A stretch of 62,573 nucleotides of DNA, the filler included, from Bipalium vagum (lineage: Eukaryota): assembly GCA_037834085.1 (NCBI GenBank). It is 3 parts of 3 records of this genome, joined end to end, with 100 filler letters (N's around TTAATTAATTAA, not from the genome) between each part and the next. Parts side by side here need not be neighbours in the genome. Positions count along the whole stretch, not along the records: positions 16,528 to 34,338 come from JBBMKC010049737.1; 2 more parts are not named here. One strand, 5' to 3'. Position 1 is the stretch's first letter, and the number at the start of each line of letters is the position of its first letter. This document shows positions 23,201 through 34,438 of the stretch, piece after piece. The notes under the pieces were generated by a model. The model saw only the letters and a program-made list of their open reading frames with translations. It ran no database searches and had not been told where the DNA came from. A program made the position numbers and the translations under genes.

Positions 23201-26200
23201 AAAAACAATTTGGAGAACAGAAAGAAATTGAATTAGAAATTATATTTTTTTACATTGCCCGATCTTCTCAAGGAAAACATTTTAATTCATAATTACTAAT
23301 ATCCAATGAAGACTGTAAACATCCATTAATGGATGTGATGGAATAATAACAAAGATCAATGAAGTACGACACTAATTATTTTTTCATTACTGCAGTCATA
23401 GAACGAAGATTTATCTGATCAAAGGTGATTTTGTTATAACAAAAAATGACATAATGGATGGACACACAATCTATTATTGCTAAATGAGTATTGTTTAGCA
23501 GTAGATAATAAATTGTTTGTGTAGAGAGAATTGCATCAGAAGTATCATTACAAAGGAATCATCTGAATTAAGCTTAATAAATGACTCAATTTATTGCACT
23601 TACATCTATTGTTCGAAGACTTGATCAAATGAAAAATTGTATGATATAGCATGAAAGAACAATAACAAATAATAAAAAACGGGTTTTGGTTTAAAACTAA
23701 TTTTAGTTCACGGAAAAAATGAAAATGAAGATTTGAAGTGAAAAGGGGCAAATACTTTGCTATATGATAAATAAACATATAAAAAAATAATTTGTTACTG
23801 GGTTGTGTAATTCCCATGTGTCAAAAGTGATTGAATAAATATAGTTAGAAACTGAGAATGGGGGTAATTTTTTTAGGATTATTAATTAACATTATTGTTT
23901 AACACAAAATCAAATATTATTTTGATTCGAGTTCATATCTAATATGACTAATAAAAAAATAAAATTACTTTCTTTACTCAGTGTTCCATTTTTAGGCAAA
24001 GTATACCAACCTGAAAAAGTAATGATAATCGTCAAAGGTTAAACAATTTTTATAAAATTGGAAAAGACTATTATGAGCAGTATACATACATGTGGGTAGC
24101 TAATATCATTATTAAAAACTTAATAATTATTTCGAAAAAATAAAATTTTTTATTCATTTGAGTTTTGAACTTGTAGCTAATGAGAATCATGAAACTTATA
24201 ATAATAATAACATGAAGAAAAATCAAGAGACCATTGTAAGATAAAAAACTTATTTTAAAAATGCATTGAATTACCATCATCGGCAGGTTCTTTTCTTGTT
24301 GGAGGTAATCGCTTAATTTTATGCCCCACGCCTCGGTCGTAATTGATTTCTCCACCAGATACAGGAGACGTTGATGTTGGTGTTTTGTAATATTTTCTTG
24401 TATGAAAGCCTGGCTGAAGATTTGGTTTTTTAGGAATTCCAAATTCAATCATTCTATTTAGGTAAGAAATTTATTAACTTAATGCAAGATGAACTATAAA
24501 AATAGGAAAAATATCGAACATGAATAAAAATATCCATAAGAAACTTTAAGAATGACCTTTTAGACCATCTTTAAATTCTTTCCAAGCCTTAATGATAGCT
24601 TTGAAAGGATTGAAAATTAACAGAAAAAAGGAAATAATAAATTATGAAACAATTTTTTTAATTATATCTCTAATTCAGAATAGTGAAACCATATTGCATC
24701 GAAAAACTGATTAAAATGTAAGGCTTTGATATTCAAATAAACTTTAATAAAATTGGAATAAGATTTTAAGGTTCAACTTTGATAATTAATTTCATTAAAA
24801 AAAGAAAAATATTCTTTGAAAACTTTACTAAAATAAATTATATCCTTTCTGTAATAACCAATTTTTCATTTGATAAAATTCATTATCAAAATACACCCCA
24901 AAAACTTGTTAGAGAACTAATCAATTTGGATTGCATCTTTCACACTTTAAAATACCCGCCGCAAGAAATGCGAACTATCAGTAAAAGATCAGAAGGAAAT
25001 AATTAACTCAATTTCTTAAAGGTCTTTACTTTTCGAGATGACACTAATCTTTTAATATACGATAGGAAATTGTAATGGATTTCTTATCAACCAGAGTCAT
25101 AAATACTTGAAAATATTTATATCAAAAGGTGCACTTTATTCAGCTTAAAAAACAAGATTTTAGAATAATATTAAAAAATTGATCAAAGATATTTTCGAAC
25201 ATTAAATTTAACTAAATAACTTAATTTACTTTTCTTAAAAAGGATATTATTTTACATTCATTTTCAATTTTGTTTATAAATATAACCGAAATAAGTAAAA
25301 GAATTGGTTATTGTCGAATTTATTTAATTATTCAAGAATTATATTTCCTCTTTTAAATTAAGTCAAGCGGAAGTTCACAAGTTAAAGATTTGAGTTTCGA
25401 TTTACCTTAGAGTAAATCTAAATGAAAACCAAAACTTATGAGACAGATTCATACCAGAAACATCTTTTCTTAAAAAACAAAAAATGTTCTTTCTTCATTA
25501 AAAAAATTGTTTAATGAAATAAGGAAACTTAATTATTAATAAACTTGGAAAAATTCTTATTCAATTTAACAACTTATTCTCAAAATCCTCCAGATTGATA
25601 AAAAATTTATTAGAAAAATTTAAATCGAAAATCTCTTCTGATTATTCCCAATCTGGTAAGATCTTTTACGGGGTAAAATTGAAAATATAAATTTCATGCT
25701 CTACACAAAACCCGTTAATGTTGACATAAGCATCACAGATAATTACCAATGGTTAAAATTCTCAAAAATTCTAATTAATTTATTATTTATTCATGCATTT
25801 AAAATATTATACGAGATACAAAAATAGATGAAGATTGAGAAAGATATTGAGTCTTTATAATTATTTATGACATCCAGTTGATAAACTATAGAGAAATTCC
25901 ATAGATCATTTTGGAATATTATTTCAATAATTTTAACTTTTGTGAAATTATTAAAATGAAACATTTCATGAATAAATCAATTTTATAAATTATTATTAAT
26001 AATAAATATATTATTATTTTGATATATTATTGTAAAATTTCATCATAACTTTAGTAAAATTGGTAGTGAGGACAATTATAAAAAATAAAATAGTATCAAA
26101 AATAAAAATGTAAATAATCTATAGAAACCTACCTGAAGAAAAAGTGATGATCAACAATGGCTTTGTATGCTCTTTTGGTCAGCTTTATATCTGGACATTT

Positions 26201-29200
26201 GAATGTTAACTCTTTTTTGGTGTCATGCTTATTAACCCCTCGCACTGTTATGATAATTTTCTTTTTCTTGTAACTTACTTGTATCAATCTTGCCCAAGAA
26301 AAACGGATTATTCGAATTTTTTGTCTATATAAAACAATTCCCCCATAATAAACACCAAGTAATATCTCTTCTCCCTCAGCATTCTGAAAATAAGACAAAA
26401 TTAAATTCTTTGTATTCAAGTTTTTAATGATAAATAATTTATTTATTTAATCCACCAGATATCGAAAGACAATTTATAAAAAATCATTTAACATCGACGA
26501 TTATCTTAATTGTTCAATATTAAGACCGAAACTATCAGTGACAAACCCATTCCTAAATTGTCGATAGCTGAAGTCCACTGTCAACATATATTACGTAAGT
26601 TATGGAGGTAGCCAGTAACTGATGTTTTTATTTACGGACATAAAAATATTACTTAGTTTCTTAATGGAACAAATGTGCAATTAACACTGAAATTTAATGA
26701 TTTTCTAAATCAAATATTTTTTTCTACTATTTTCCAATTACAAAGTTTATTCTGCCATGTTTACTTTTCTAAAATTATAAATTTACCAGTCTTAATTATT
26801 GACTTAAGACCCTATGTTTAACCCAAAAAAGTATTTTCAAAATGTAAACCTGGACGAAAATTTCTCATTTCCAATCATTAAAATCAGAATCTAATTACTT
26901 TTAAATTCTTTCGTCTTAAAATATCACGTATTTCCCCATATAATTGCGCGTTTTTATAAAATCTATTTCGAAACATAAACATCTTGTATAATGATCACAT
27001 TCAATTTTTTCAATACTCTTATCATTCTCCTATAAAACCTTTACATAAAATCTGTTTTCAAAAAATTCTAAAATATTATTAAACATAAAAATTAATGGAT
27101 TATTCCATTTTATTTCACACAGACTTCGGGAGCCAACCTTTTTAGATGGATAATTCCCACATTACTTCAATTTTTTTTAATATAAAAGAATACAATGCCA
27201 CTTTATGTAACTATGATAAGGAAAAATTATTTGGAAATTTTATTAAAAATGAATACCATCTAAATTTCTTTTTTTCATAAATTCTCTGAAATTTTGATAA
27301 CGAAAATAAACAGAAATAATTATGTCAACAAAATATTTGAGATATCATAGTCAGCACCTGCTTCAGAATTCTAAGAATTCAAGATGAAAGATAGCAGTTT
27401 GACAATATTATCATGAGAATTTTGTTCTTAATAAAATTTGATCAATTCAGAGAAATATGATTTCAAAACAGTTTGATCGACATCCTATGACTCTTTACAT
27501 AAGTAAAAATTTGTCAAATTCTCTTTAGCTCTACTGGATAATTTTTAGATTATTTCAGGAAACATTTTGTCAATGACATTTTCCTCCACTACATTTTTCT
27601 CACGTGACATTGAATATTTATCAATGATTATCAATTTTTGAATTTAGGCTCCAGACCTTTAAATTTATAATATAATAATTATAATCACCAACCTTCACTT
27701 TATGCATATCCAGGCCATAGAGTGCCAATTTCCTGGTATTATCAAGAAAATTCTTATCTGCTTCTTCCGGAGTCTGACCGCTATATTCAAAATTTGTATA
27801 AGGAAAATTTTATAAACAAAAATAGTACCGATGCAATTTATGTAATGCTACAACTTTTTCCATAAATTCGGCCGTTTGAAATTTCTGTGGAGCCAACGGT
27901 TGGTTTTTTATGTAATCAATTCCTCGATGATTTTGTGGATCATAATCTCCTGCTTCTGATTGAATTATGTACGAGGCCAAAATGGTATATACATAAAACG
28001 AGCACGGAAGTTTTCCACACACCAATTCCTGTCTAACTTGGAGAGTTAAGTAATATCTTGTCAGATCCTCATTCACCATATTGATCTCAGGTGGATAAAA
28101 TTTCACCTGAAATTCAAACACCAATCTGCTGTCTACAATGAATAATATCTCAGAGGAAATGAGTTGAGATGAATATCATTCAACAGAAGTTCACTTTTAA
28201 ATTGTCATCATAAAATATTGAATTAAAAGAATCTTTTCTCAATAATTTATAATAATAATAATAATAATAATAATCACAAATCTGAAAACTCTTTAATAAA
28301 GAAATTTCCTTTGTTAAATTTCTTCCTAAAATGGTATACAGTTTTATAAAATCAAAAATTAAAAAATAATTTTTGATAAAATAATTTGTTAATAAAATGC
28401 ATCAGTAATAATCTAAATATTTTATTCTTGATAATCGTTGGAATTATGAATTTTAAAATCACCGTGAAAAAGAAAAACGGGAATAATAAAACCCGGGAAA
28501 TTTGACTAATCTAAAATTTAACTTCCATTTACAAATAGAAAATTCTATAAAATACTTTCTTTTTTTCATAGCTTTATAAGTGAAATATATATTCCAAAGG
28601 ACAAAGTTTGTTTAACACAAAGATTGCATGAATAAAATTCTGCTAGAGAAGCGGTTGTTCTGTTTAATTTAGTTCAAATTAGATCAATAAATATAACGTT
28701 AGCCCGTTCTGTGATCATAAAATTATTCAGGTTTATATAAAAATATTTTATGAAACATTTCAGTCATAATGGACTTGTTTCGTTTTATTAATAATAATAA
28801 TTGAGAAAATTCCCATAAATCAATGATTTGGACCTCATTCTATGGAAAAGTTACTTTATAGAAGAAATTGACTAACAATAACTGACGTTGCCTGATTATT
28901 TTTGAATTAGATTTTAAGAACAATTTCTTTTCACAAAAAATCGTCAATTTTTTCTTAGACCAAACCTTGTTAAAAGTGAATTCAATATGGCCTTAAACGA
29001 CATAAAAGCGGTTAAATAGCAAAAACTAAGAGAACAAATCCCCAACATATTTTGTGTAATTAACAAAACTTAATCAAGTCAGTCTTTCGATTTTTTATGT
29101 CAAATGAATTAATAGCTTCGTAAAGTTAATTAAATCAATTTCTACAGTGAGGAATAAATCTAAGAATGATAGTCAATGCCATTTAATGTCATTCTGTCCG

Positions 29201-29999
29201 CCTTTGATGGAAATTGAATCAACAATTACGAATATAATTATCCAGAATGATCAATAAAATATACCTGGGACTTGTTTAGTGATTTTCTTGGTCAGATCCA
29301 GCCAATACTGAAAGTTGTCAATCATTAATTTGGGAATTTTTAAAGAAACTTTAGATTTACCCAAATTTTTGTTCTATCTTTGTAAGTAATTCCAAAATAT
29401 TCCCGTTCATTCAGCTCTAAATAGTCACAAACGGAATCGAACAGGTGCTGACCAAATGAAGCCCTCTGAATGGAAGAGTTTATAGATTTTTATGGAAAAC
29501 AATTCTATATTACATCCAACGAAATCACTTCTTCCAATCCATCTAACATGATCACTAAACATTCAATAAGCTTTCCTGATGGTTTAAAATCCAAAATGCT
29601 CTGAGATTTGGCTCCAGTGTAACCGGATCTCAATGTTCCTGTCATTGTACCAAAGGCAGCATTGGAACCGCCACCAATTCTACTCATACTTCCACCAAGT
29701 CGATTGTCATTCTTTCTCAAGCTCATATAATAATCCTTTTTTGGCAAAGTATCAGTAATTTCAATCGTACCATCTTCCAGTCGATTGACTTGAGTCATGG
29801 ATTCATTGTGGAAATTTATCGATCCATGTGTGGTATCGGCATCAGAATTGTATGAATTGTGATAATCTTCCTTAAAATAATACCAGTAAAAAAACGACAA
29901 AATATATTTTTAAAGATGATTTAAAAATTAATCCATATTTCAATAAAGAAAATCATTACTTAAATTATATACATAAAACATTAAGCTTACTTGATACAT
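17078..29999 (-). CDS. Spliced gene: protein 4.1/EPB41-family FERM protein fused to two tandem DDX1-type SPRY domains (~1056 aa)
   Basis: Hand-built exon chain (minus): 29999-29991, 29870-29514, 29465-29361, 29307-29265, 28132-27829, 27780-27693, 26383-26133, 24453-24275, 24010-23969, 21924-21686, 21438-20830, 19910-19701, 19649-19440, 17817-17749, 17696-17634, 17540-17340, 17269-17078. All introns are GT-AG, the total is 3171 nt, and the frame is kept at every junction. FERM motifs: GQHLFDSVCDYLELNEREYFG, WLDLTKKITKQ, FQVKFYPPE, EDLTRYYLTLQVR, QSEAGDYDP, LALYGLD, FSWARL, VDHHFFFR. SPRY motifs: YYYE, RVGWST, GDVVGCFLDL, FPTVSLK, FNFG. The first exon and exact 3' end are less certain. Confidence 0.8.
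17340..17540 (-). CDS. C-terminal region exon
   Basis: ttctttgcag|PVVPNDK...TGTRTVTNGEVT|gtacgt; matches ORF 17325..17606. Confidence 0.8.
17634..17696 (-). CDS. C-terminal region exon
   Basis: tttacag|RKVKGLSYIKLDETEEIKLTI|gtaaga. Confidence 0.78.
17749..17817 (-). CDS. Exon after SPRY repeat 2
   Basis: tag|NDWTPLTYTPEQFMKESRKKGPE|gttagt; parallels ETWIPVSQA after repeat 1. Confidence 0.82.
19440..19649 (-). CDS. SPRY repeat 2 exon
   Basis: aag|SFNAGDVVGCFLDLDEGKVQWSLNG...FFPTVSLKENTAEFNFGEKAFKFYPG|gtaaga. Confidence 0.92.
19701..19910 (-). CDS. SPRY repeat 2 exon
   Basis: GVKGRGKYYYEASPLESSGLMRVGWSTEAANLELGVDKYGMGYG...ENYGK|gtagta. Confidence 0.92.
20159..20335. mobile_element. Pogo/Tigger-type MITE in a SPRY-region intron
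   Basis: TIRs cagtgaaacctgcataaatgaacacc / ggtgttcaatttaagcaggtttcactg, TA TSD, internal tgaacacct repeats. Confidence 0.88.
20830..21438 (-). CDS. SPRY repeat 1 core and start of SPRY repeat 2
   Basis: GCRSNKGVKAEGEYFYEARVLEDGFVRIGWST...FNFGDSAFVYPP...WKLNPYD...GWQGSRCNK|gtgagt. Confidence 0.93.
21686..21924 (-). CDS. Linker and start of SPRY repeat 1
   Basis: catag|CG GTT; ...LHWRMSPADCTLSLGMDDKGLDVASQPGTGWQ|gtatgt. Confidence 0.85.
23969..24010 (-). CDS. 42-nt symmetric (phase 1-1) linker micro-exon, GWYTLPKNGTLSKE
   Basis: actttttcag acceptor, gtaatt donor, open in the required frame; skipping it also keeps the frame. Confidence 0.6.
24275..24453 (-). CDS. FERM gene exon (FERM-adjacent region)
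   Basis: Phase-2 acceptor tag|A ATG; MIEFGIPKKPNLQPGFHTRKYY...KEPADD G|gtaatt. Confidence 0.8.
26133..26383 (-). CDS. FERM gene exon (F3, PH-like lobe)
   Basis: NAEGEEILLGVYYGGIVLYRQKIRIIRFSWARLIQVSYKKKK...AIVDHHFFFR; matches ORF 26129..26419. Confidence 0.92.
27693..27780 (-). CDS. FERM gene exon (F2/F3)
   Basis: GQTPEEADKNFLDNTRKLALYGLDMHKVK|gttggt. Confidence 0.92.
27829..28132 (-). CDS. FERM gene exon (F1/F2 lobes)
   Basis: DSRLVFEFQVKFYPPE...EDLTRYYLTLQVRQELVCGKLPCS...QSEAGDYDP...HKLHR; matches ORF 27810..28124. Confidence 0.93.
29265..29307 (-). CDS. FERM gene exon (F1 lobe)
   Basis: cag|YWLDLTKKITKQVP+G|gtatat; classic WLD...K.I..Q motif. Confidence 0.9.
29361..29465 (-). CDS. FERM gene exon (F1 lobe)
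   Basis: cag|RASFGQHLFDSVCDYLELNEREYFGITYKDRTKIW|gtaaat; follows a 48-nt intron. Confidence 0.9.
29514..29870 (-). CDS. FERM gene exon: N-terminal extension and start of FERM F1 lobe
   Basis: ttttaag|GAAGAT acceptor; encodes EDYHNS...KLIECLVIMLDGLEEVISLD|gtaata. Confidence 0.85.
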
Positions 30000-31269
30000 A
30001 TTAAATCCCGAAGAAATGTTGTTCCAAAATAATAAAATCGTTAAAATGTTAGGAACAAAAAAATTTCAGTTTTACAACACTAACCAATGAGATATTTAAT
30101 GAAATAATCATTAAAATTTTCTATATTCATACTAACAGACACAATCTCAAAGTACATGATTTTCCGACAAATATCCAATCAGATGATCCCATTTTATAAT
30201 GACTCACTACACACAAACTCAATACACACCGACCAAAGACATGCCAGTATTTTATGGTTAAATGCTATTTTAAGTTAGCTTTAAAAAGGCAACCATTTCA
30301 AGCTTTAAATCAATATCATATTTCTGTTGTTTTTAGACAATGCTGAAAAAACTTGTATTATTGAGTTTGTGGATAAATCGTGGAAAAAACAATTCCATTC
30401 GTTTTGAAATTATTTTGTTTTATTAAGATTAAATTAAAGAACCAAATAAAAGTATACCAATTCAAAGATGTATGGTTGTGTCCGACTGTGGTTATTTTTA
30501 TTATTAAAAAAATATGATCAAAATCATTAAACATTGGTGAATGATGCATTAATATGAGAGATTTTTCAGATAAAATTTAAAATAAATCATCACAATTATG
30601 TGTGTGTGATTCAATTATTCAAGGACCTTTGGTTCTTGTGTGAATGATTTCAAAACAATTGGAAAAATTAAAATTCTACAAGGCAAACTTAAAAAATTTT
30701 ATCTATATCACAGTACAAAGAAGAGTGTCACATTTGACACCTTTTGACTTGACCGCTTTTTGAATGAATGAATGAAATGAACTCTTAAAATCTGGCACCA
30801 GAAGAGTTCAGAATTTTTTTCGACCATATACAATTGGACAGATTTTACTTTATAATATTACCAAATGAAATTTATGTTCGATATGATTGCTCCGGTATCC
30901 GTTTCATTGATAATTAAAATATTCTAAATTTTACAGACATAATAATAATTTTCTTAATATTTATTGCGTCATTTTAAAAATTCCAACATTGGTCTATATT
31001 TTTGTTGGTCTATTCACACTTTTCTTAGTTAGCTCAGTGAAACTTAATTTCAGGAAAATTGTCAAATTTGTTTTGATCGTTACAGACAGAAAAATAGACA
31101 GAAATGTTTTTTTTTCAATTGCTCCTATTTGTTCTATTTATAAATATCAATTATTGAAAAAGAAAAGAATCACTCAATCCACTTTCAGAATGCATAACTT
31201 TAAGATAACTTATTTCCACTTGTTCTATTAATTAATCAGCATCATCGACGTGTGTTTTGTAATATGTAC

Positions 31270-31322
31270 GTGTTGAGTGTGTGTCTGTGTGTCTGTGTGG
31301 ATATATTTGTGTGTGTGTGTGT
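31270..31322. repeat. Imperfect (GT)n microsatellite
   Basis: gtgtgtgtctgtgtgtctgtgtg...gtgtgtgtgtgtgt. Confidence 0.7.
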
Positions 31323-32263
31323 ACTAACTATCGAGCATTTTTCTATGATTAGTCAGTTCTACTGTAGAAAATTAATGGAATAGATATTTTTTCACAATTA
31401 TCTGAAACTTATTCGAAATATCAGCTAAACTGTTTTTTTAAATTAAAATTCTTTTGTTATCAAGACAATGTGTTATTACAAAATCAAATTTAAATTTAGT
31501 GTTAATATAGATAAAATTTTAATTGAATATCAACACTCGTTTCCCGTTATTGAATTGTTTGTTTTTTTCCAAGACGAACGATGCTGAAAATTACAGAAAT
31601 TCTTAATTTGACACAAATGTTATTAATAATCAATACTTCGACTGATCTTAATCAACTGGGTGATAATTCCAGAATTGGATTATTGTTATCTTTGGATTAA
31701 TAATTACCAAGTTAACAAGAGGTCATCATAATAACTCTTATGTGCAGAGTTACTCAGAAATAGATAATAATGATAATTGCCAACAGTAGCTCTTTTCCAA
31801 AAGGAATAATTGAAAAAATTGAAAAAGGCTAACTAATCGCATAGAGATTAAGAAAAGAAATTTTATCTATAGGTTTTCAAGATAGGTTGACGAAACAAAA
31901 TTTAAAAGGTAATCGTTTTGCAACTCTACATTATTTGAACTCAGGATACATTTAAAAAAATAGTTTAATTTAATTTTAAAAAGTTATCAAAAATGTAAGA
32001 GAATAAAATCGATAAAACTAAATTTCTTAGAGAAATTAATCAACAAATTTGATACAAAATATTAAAATTTTAAAAATCGCTTACCATTAGAAGGTCATTT
32101 GTAAATGTTGCCAAACCTTTTTTTCATTTTTTTATTTTGTGTAAATAATGGAAAAATTGTTTGGACTGTTCCAACCTAATATCAAGTGTGCTGTTACGTT
32201 TTTGGCGTTTTAAAAGAAAATAAAGTCCATATTTTTTATTTTACATATATTTATATATCGAAA

Positions 32264-33536
32264 TATTAGGCAATTAAATATGAAATGCATGGATTTAAGA
32301 CAAAAGATTTATTAAAGAAATCTGTAAGAAGGAACAAGGGAACCAATCGAAGTATGTACCATCAGAAAGAACACACTTCTGTCATCTCGTCTGTAGGTCG
32401 GAAATGCCTTTATCGAAATACTCTGGTTTGAGGGAATCAATAAATTGAGTAAAGACACTTTGGACAGCCTCTGCGGAATTGAAAATTTTTTCTTGTAGGA
32501 AGTTGTCTAAATTCTGGAAAAAAACAATAATTTGTAGGTGAAAGGTCTGGAGAATAAAGAGGTTGATCGATTTTTTCGAAATCCATCTCCAAAATTTTTA
32601 ATTGAGTCAGATTTGCAACAGGCGGACGAGCATAGTCATGGAACAGAATTGTTTTATCTCTATTGGCAAATTTTGGATGTTTTTTGCCAAATTCTTCAAT
32701 ATTTCTTTCAATTGAATGCAATAAAGATCTGTTGTGATTGACTGACCCGATTTCAAGAAACTGTGGTATATCACTCCACGACTTGTCCACCAAACGGTAA
32801 CCATAAGCTTCTTTTTTATGAATTTTAGGAGGTTCATTTGTATCTAACCATTGTGCAGAACACTTACGATTATCATAGAATCCACTTTTCGTCACACATA
32901 CCAATATGGTGCAAAAATGGATCACTCTTGTTTTGGGAAAGGAGAGATATGCAAGTATTGAAGCGCTTTTTCTTATATATATCCGTCAATTCAGGTGGAA
33001 TCCATCGAACGAATTTTTTGAATTTATTAATTTGTCACAGATGAACAAAAATAGTTGGAATGGAAACAACAAATCTTGTTACTAAATCTGTGTTAGTTTG
33101 GCTCTGGTTTTTTTCACGACAGCTTTCAATTCATCATTGCAAATTGATGGTTCAAGTCTTCTTTGGGGCTGATTTTCCTAGCAAAAATCTCCAGATCTGA
33201 ATTTTTTTTTCCAAACCCACGGCTGAAGATGCTTTGATTAAGGACACTATCATCGAAGAAATCCTCATGTTCTGGACGGTCTGAGCAATCGTGGATTTTC
33301 TACGGAACTCATATTCCATTACTATACGAATTTTTGATTTTTCCATTTTCTATAAACTGTAAATTATCAATCATATATTGATCTAAAATAGATGTCTTAC
33401 TTGATTTTTTGAAAGCTTGTGGCTTTAGCTAAATCTCAAAACAAAATTTATTATTTTTAGAATAAAAATTCGAAGAGATATTATACTTTAAAAACGATCA
33501 TACAAAGTTATGCATTTCATACCTAATGACCTAATA
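32264..33536 (-). mobile_element. Near full-length decayed mariner, cecropia subfamily (resembles planarian Gtmar1/Dtmar1)
   Basis: TIRs tattaggcaattaaatatgaaatgcat / atgcatttcatacctaatgacctaata; MEKSKIRIVMEYEFRR, QWLDTNEPPK, KKLMVTVWW, YSPDLSPTNY; frameshifted. Confidence 0.92.
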
Positions 33537-33599
33537 CTATCAATCATATTGTTTTACTTTTTCCCAATGGTGTTGTTTTACAAAGAGAGTAACGCAAAA

Positions 33600-34100
33600 T
33601 GATCTAACCCGGATCAATTCGTTTAAAGGAAGGCAAAATACAAAGGAAAATATTAGATGTTACAGATGTAAAAATGAGGGTCATTTAGTGTGAAACTGCT
33701 CGGCCAGGAGACAAAAAAATATTTCACCTTTTCGGACCAGGGAAATATTAGCAAGGATTGTTCAAAGAAGATGGGTATGTTTCGGATGTCAGAGAGATGA
33801 TCATATTATGAGAATGTGTCCTAAAATAAAGCGTGGGAGATGTAAGAGAAGCGGACAAAATGAAAGAGATTGTTTACAAATCTTCACGAGGGTAGTGGTT
33901 TTCAAGGGAAGAGACCTAGAAATAGGATGGGGCCAGTGTGATGAGTATGAAAATTATGAATAAGCTTAATAAGACGTGAGAGTAGTGAGAAGCAGAGACA
34001 AGTTGAGGTATGCGAACAATAGCAAATGGAAAGTAGTTGGAAAATGCTTAATTTTGGTTAGGATAGGAAACGAGTGAAACTGGTAGACTTTATAGAGGAA
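33600..34100 (+). mobile_element. LTR-retrotransposon gag C-terminus (four CCHC knuckles) and protease fragment, decayed
   Basis: CYRCKNEGHLV*NC, YFTFSDQGNISKDC, CFGCQRDDHIMRMC, RGRCKRSGQNERDC, then LRYANNSKWKVVGKCLILVRIG (retropepsin-like segment). Confidence 0.75.
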
Positions 34101-34216
34101 CATTATCAATTGAATCTTAAAAAGGTTATTTTGAAATGATAAGCGTGAATCTTCAAATTCAATCCATTTTTAAAATAATGTTTTAATTTAATAAACTTTT
34201 ACTATGTAGACATAAA

Positions 34217-34338
34217 TATTGGGTTGTTCAAAAAGTCAGTGCGTTTTTATTGTACAGTTTAAACACATTTATTTAATATAACAAAAACAATATTAATATA
34301 TTATGTATTCCCCGTTTTGATCAATTACCTTCTGCCAT
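34217..34338 (-). mobile_element. 3' end of a mariner, truncated by the gap
   Basis: TIR tattgggttgttcaaaaagtcagtgcg; C-terminus WQKVIDQNGEYII. Confidence 0.8.
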
Positions 34339-34438
34339 NNNNNNNNNNNNNNNNNNNNNNNNNNNNNNNNNNNNNNNNNNNNTTAATTAATTAANNNNNN
34401 NNNNNNNNNNNNNNNNNNNNNNNNNNNNNNNNNNNNNN
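34339..34438. other. Artificial assembly spacer N44-TTAATTAATTAA-N44
   Basis: Same structure as 16428-16527. Confidence 0.95.

Noticed and set aside
24556-24598. Apparent 42-nt exon (IIKAWKEFKDGLK) on minus
   Set aside because: Open only in phase 1, but the host intron is phase 2, where it gives an immediate TAA; the donor is weak.
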